Shown here one piece after another: positions 60,401-64,000 of a stretch of DNA of 64,000 nt. Both the position numbers and the translations under genes were made by a program. The notes beneath the pieces were generated by a model. It saw nothing but the letters and a program-made list of their open reading frames with translations. It ran no database searches and was not told the DNA's origin. Source of the DNA: Paragordius varius. Lineage: Eukaryota > Animalia > Nematomorpha. Location of the stretch: assembly GCA_964247055.1 (NCBI GenBank), contig OZ176053.1, positions 11,532,001 to 11,596,000 of the forward strand, in the 5' to 3' direction. Position 1 is the stretch's first letter; every line of letters starts with the position of its first letter.

Positions 60401-61321
60401 TTCGCCCCTGGTTAGGGGGCTACCAGCGTAAAACCGCGTAGGCATATCGATACAGATGCCTCTGGATCCAAATTTAAAAAAACTTTGAGTTTAATAGAAA
60501 TATATGGAATCCATGATAATTCCATATGAAGGCAAATATTTTGCTCACGCTTTTTTATACCCGCCCTGGGTAAGGAGCTACCCGCGAAAAACTGCGCCAC
60601 TATATAGAAATTGCTTTGCTTGGGAGCTAATATACAGAAAATTACGAAGCCGTATGAGCTCATTAACAGCTTAAAATATTACCCGTAAATAGGTAAAGAC
60701 CCGGCGTTTAGCCTTTAATTTGGGGCCTTTATACCCTAAAAATACGCCATCATATAACGATTATTTAGTGTTAAGATATTTTTTCGAATAGCCCATGAGA
60801 CGATGGTATCAAAGATGTTTCCAAATATTTGCCTGCAAAGAATTTAACTCAGCGCCTTTTCCATATAGGTCTGGGTAGGGGTTTACCGGTTTAAAACTGA
60901 GACGCCATACAAAAATGACGTGGATTAAAAAACCTCAGAATCATACAGTTCAGTTAAACACATTTCTAAGGAATTTGTATAATATCATTCTTTCCTTTAT
61001 AAAGGGACCACAAATGATTTATTATTTATTTCCCTTAATCCCAGCTGTGTGAATACAATTTCAAAACTTTTAACCATAATTTCGAAAAATGAAAATCGTA
61101 AAATAAATCCAATAATAGTTGAATATTAATATTAATAGGGGACAGTTAAAATATGGTCAATTTCGACAATATTGGAATCTATACAATAACCTGTAAAACA
61201 ATAATTAAAGACATAATTTTTATTTAATATGTTTTTTATTTTTTTCTCATATTTATTGCAAATTATTAAGAATAATTATCGGAGAGACTACTTCACAGCG
61301 AAGCGTGACAGGGCCAGGTAG
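57456..61321. mobile_element. Head-to-head inverted pair of 5'-truncated non-autonomous Helitron copies (~3.9-kb imperfect palindrome) with ~160-bp internal subrepeats
   Basis: 57456-59033 is the reverse complement of 59398-61300, with an extra ~300-bp duplication in the right arm. The right end has hairpin TCACAGC-GAA-GCGTGA followed by CAGGGCCAGGTAG|T, a Helitron-like 3' end with GTAG in place of CTAG. Confidence 0.75.
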
Positions 61322-61619
61322 TGTATTTGAAGTTTTTATTATTTATAAATTTATTGCTATTAAATTACGTTCAAAATCAGGTAAAAATACCTCTAAAAAA
61401 ATAGATGAAATATTTTGACGAAATTACAAGACATAGATGCTTAATATCATTATACTGTTAATGTTTTATATATTTCGTTTACAATTTTTATAAACATCTT
61501 CAGATTAAACTAAGCATTTTATTATATATATGTAAGCAATCGACGAAAGATTAATTTTTTGTGTATATGGAGCGGCGAGTTTTCAATTTTTAAATGAAAT
61601 AAACAACATCAATAGGATT

Positions 61620-62290
61620 TTAAAAATTATCTTGTATTGATGATAACATAAGACCGCATCCACCATCCTGTCCAAGATTTTTTTATCTCTATTCGCGGAT
61701 CCGGCATTTGTGACAATCAGATATGTTTATTATGAATCGAAGGTTTTAATCCATATAAATTACTTGGCCAATCCCGAAGAAAGTTTGGGGATACGAATAT
61801 AATGGTCGTGTTCTTTCCTACGTCCCAAAATTAAACTTCCAGACTCTACTATATATGTTTCATTGAGGGAACATGTAATTTTATAATTGGGGACACTTTC
61901 TTTTAGAATTTCGTTAGAGATGATATGTGAGATTATTTTATTAAAGGATTTATATATAGTTAACTTAATATTTTTTTCAGAATATGTTCGATTTCGGTTG
62001 TAGTATCCTTGATATATGGTGAATGATAGGGACAGTAGTTTAATATTAAAAGCTGTATACCATTACGTGGCTTAAGAGTCATTTCGGATTTACTCAAATT
62101 TAACTCAAAGAATATTGGTCGGTGATGAGAGTATTAGAAATTGACTGTTTATTAGCTTGGTAATGATGGGAATTTGTTTATGAGGTTATATCATTGGTTT
62201 TCTAAAAAGAGTAAAGAATAGGTCATTTTTGGTTTTTAAGTTTGGCTGTGTTTAATGGTTAAATGTATAGTGGGTATATAATTAGTATAT
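61620..62290 (-). mobile_element. Penelope-like element relic (RT thumb to GIY-YIG)
   Basis: FTLFRKP, NGY, PYIKDTTTEIEHILKK and YKITCSLNETYIVESG...RKEH...SSGLAK remnants. Confidence 0.65.
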
Positions 62291-62560
62291 TCTAACAGAG
62301 TATACACAAAAATATCTTGATGACTCTATATTTTTGGATATGTGGATTCTTATCATGCTTTTGGTTTATGACTTACTGTCGTTTAAATAAATTTACGCTT
62401 GTGGTAATCTTCATGTTGAAAAATCGTAAAATTTGCATTAGGTTAAATAAATTTGGTCTATCAAATTTTATGATATACCATATTAAAAAGCAAAACAATA
62501 TTTTCATAAAATTTTTTTAGAATTTTTGGCATTTTCTGAAATTGTTTTAAAAAACTGCGT

Positions 62561-64000
62561 CCAAAATCGGTAACAACCATATATATGTTTTATTAGATAA
62601 TGTATCAGGCTTAAAATATTTTTACAAAAACGCATAATTTTCCAAAAATTTGTTTTTTAACAAAATTTCGTTGAACCGTGCTTCATACTATATTGAGGCA
62701 TCATGGAAACGTTATTAAAACGAAGACATTATTAAAACACTTTTTCTATAAAATTCTATGATGCTGAACATTTACACGCTTTCGAATTTTAATTTAAATG
62801 TTTGTTTGCTTTAAAATTTTTGTAAATTTTTGTAAAAAAACATAAATTTGTTAACATCTTGCAGAATACGGAATATTTTAATTAGAATTCTAGGTGATAG
62901 AAATGTTTAGCTTCTAATAATATAGTAAAGTGTTTTTACAATGTCTTAAAGTGTTTTACCGTTTCCATAATTCCTCGAAATAGTATGAACTATGTGCTTC
63001 AATGAATGCATTTTTTGAAAACATTTTAAGTTGATATCAAATTAGCATATATTTAAATTTTTTATCACGCAATCTCGACATTTACTTTTAAGAGAACTAG
63101 CATATTTTTAAAGATTACAAAATTTGGGACTTTCTGAAACATAATTAAATTTTTCAAATATCGTTTAGCTTTTATATGTAGTTTATGATATATTTTAGTC
63201 ATCATTTTGGAATGAAACATTTTCATCAAAAAATTTTATTTAAAAAAATGTACGCAAAATTTTCCATACACTGATATGGAGACTTACCTTGGAAAGTTAT
63301 TTAAACTTTTGTGGTAAGTGCTCCATATCACTATATGGAAAATGTTGCGTACATTTTTTTAATAAAATTTTTTGATTAAAATGTTTCATTCCAAAATTTA
63401 TCAAACTACATATTAAAGCAAAACGATATTATATAATAATGTGAACTCCGAAAGTCCCAAATTTACTTCAAAAATAGGCGAGTTCTCTTAAAAGCAAATG
63501 CCGAGATTGCGCGATAAAAAATTTAAATATATGCTAATTTGATATCAACTTAAAATGTTTTCAAAAAACGCATTCATTGAAGCATAGTTCATACTATTTC
63601 GAGGCATTATGGAAAACGGTAAAACGCTTTAAGACATTTCAAAAACACTTTACTATATTATTAGACAGAATTCTGATTAAAATATTCCGTATTTATAATA
63701 ATGTTAACAAATTTATGTTTTTTTTACAAAAATTTACCAAAATTTTGAAGCAACCTTTAAATTAAAATTCGAAAGCGTATAAATGTTCAGCATCATAGAA
63801 TTTTATAGAGAAGGTGTTTTAATAATGTCTTCGTTTTAATAACGTTTCCATCATCCCTCAATATAATATGAAGCACGGTTCAACGAAATTTTGTTAATAA
63901 ATAAATTTTTGGAAAATTATGCGTTTTTGTAAAAATATTTTTAGTTGATAAGCCTGTACATTATTTAACAAAACATATATATGGTTGTTACCGATTTCGG
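62561..64000. repeat. Long imperfect palindrome (at least 1.4 kb, centre ~63300), right arm cut by the window end
   Basis: 62561-63290 is the reverse complement of ~63313-64000, with a ~25-nt central spacer; an arm fragment also lies at ~7020-7130. Confidence 0.9.

Overview
Very AT-rich animal (invertebrate) genomic DNA, not prokaryotic; the species cannot be identified from the window. It holds two host genes pointing towards each other. (1) A single-exon neuropeptide F/Y receptor-like GPCR (+, 19012-21339, 775 aa) with a signal-peptide-like N-terminus and very large insertions in intracellular loops 2 and 3. (2) A 13-exon PDCD4 orthologue (-, 42048-29933) that I assembled by hand: 2397 nt, 798 aa, against 469 aa in human. 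Every junction in that model is GT-AG and keeps the frame. It includes a 24-nt GT-AG segment (41829-41852) whose removal restores the conserved KKGGAGGKG motif, so it is a candidate ultra-short intron in a gene whose other introns are 0.2-3 kb. The rest is mobile DNA. A full-length RTE-clade LINE (-, 45135-48598) has a 14-bp target-site duplication, a PHD-type zinc finger inside the RT region, one C-terminal frameshift, and an HDV-like ribozyme fold whose G1 is exactly the element's 5' end. There are also two decayed Mos1-like mariners, an older RTE relic, three Penelope-like relics and several MITE families. A non-autonomous Helitron appears as a 5' end at 1-573 and as a ~3.9-kb head-to-head fold-back at 57456-61321. 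The window also has a 106-bp tandem array (53575-54910) and two further long palindromes (16313-17359 and 62561 to the window end). Homology calls come from my reading of motifs and recalled reference sequences; no searches were run.
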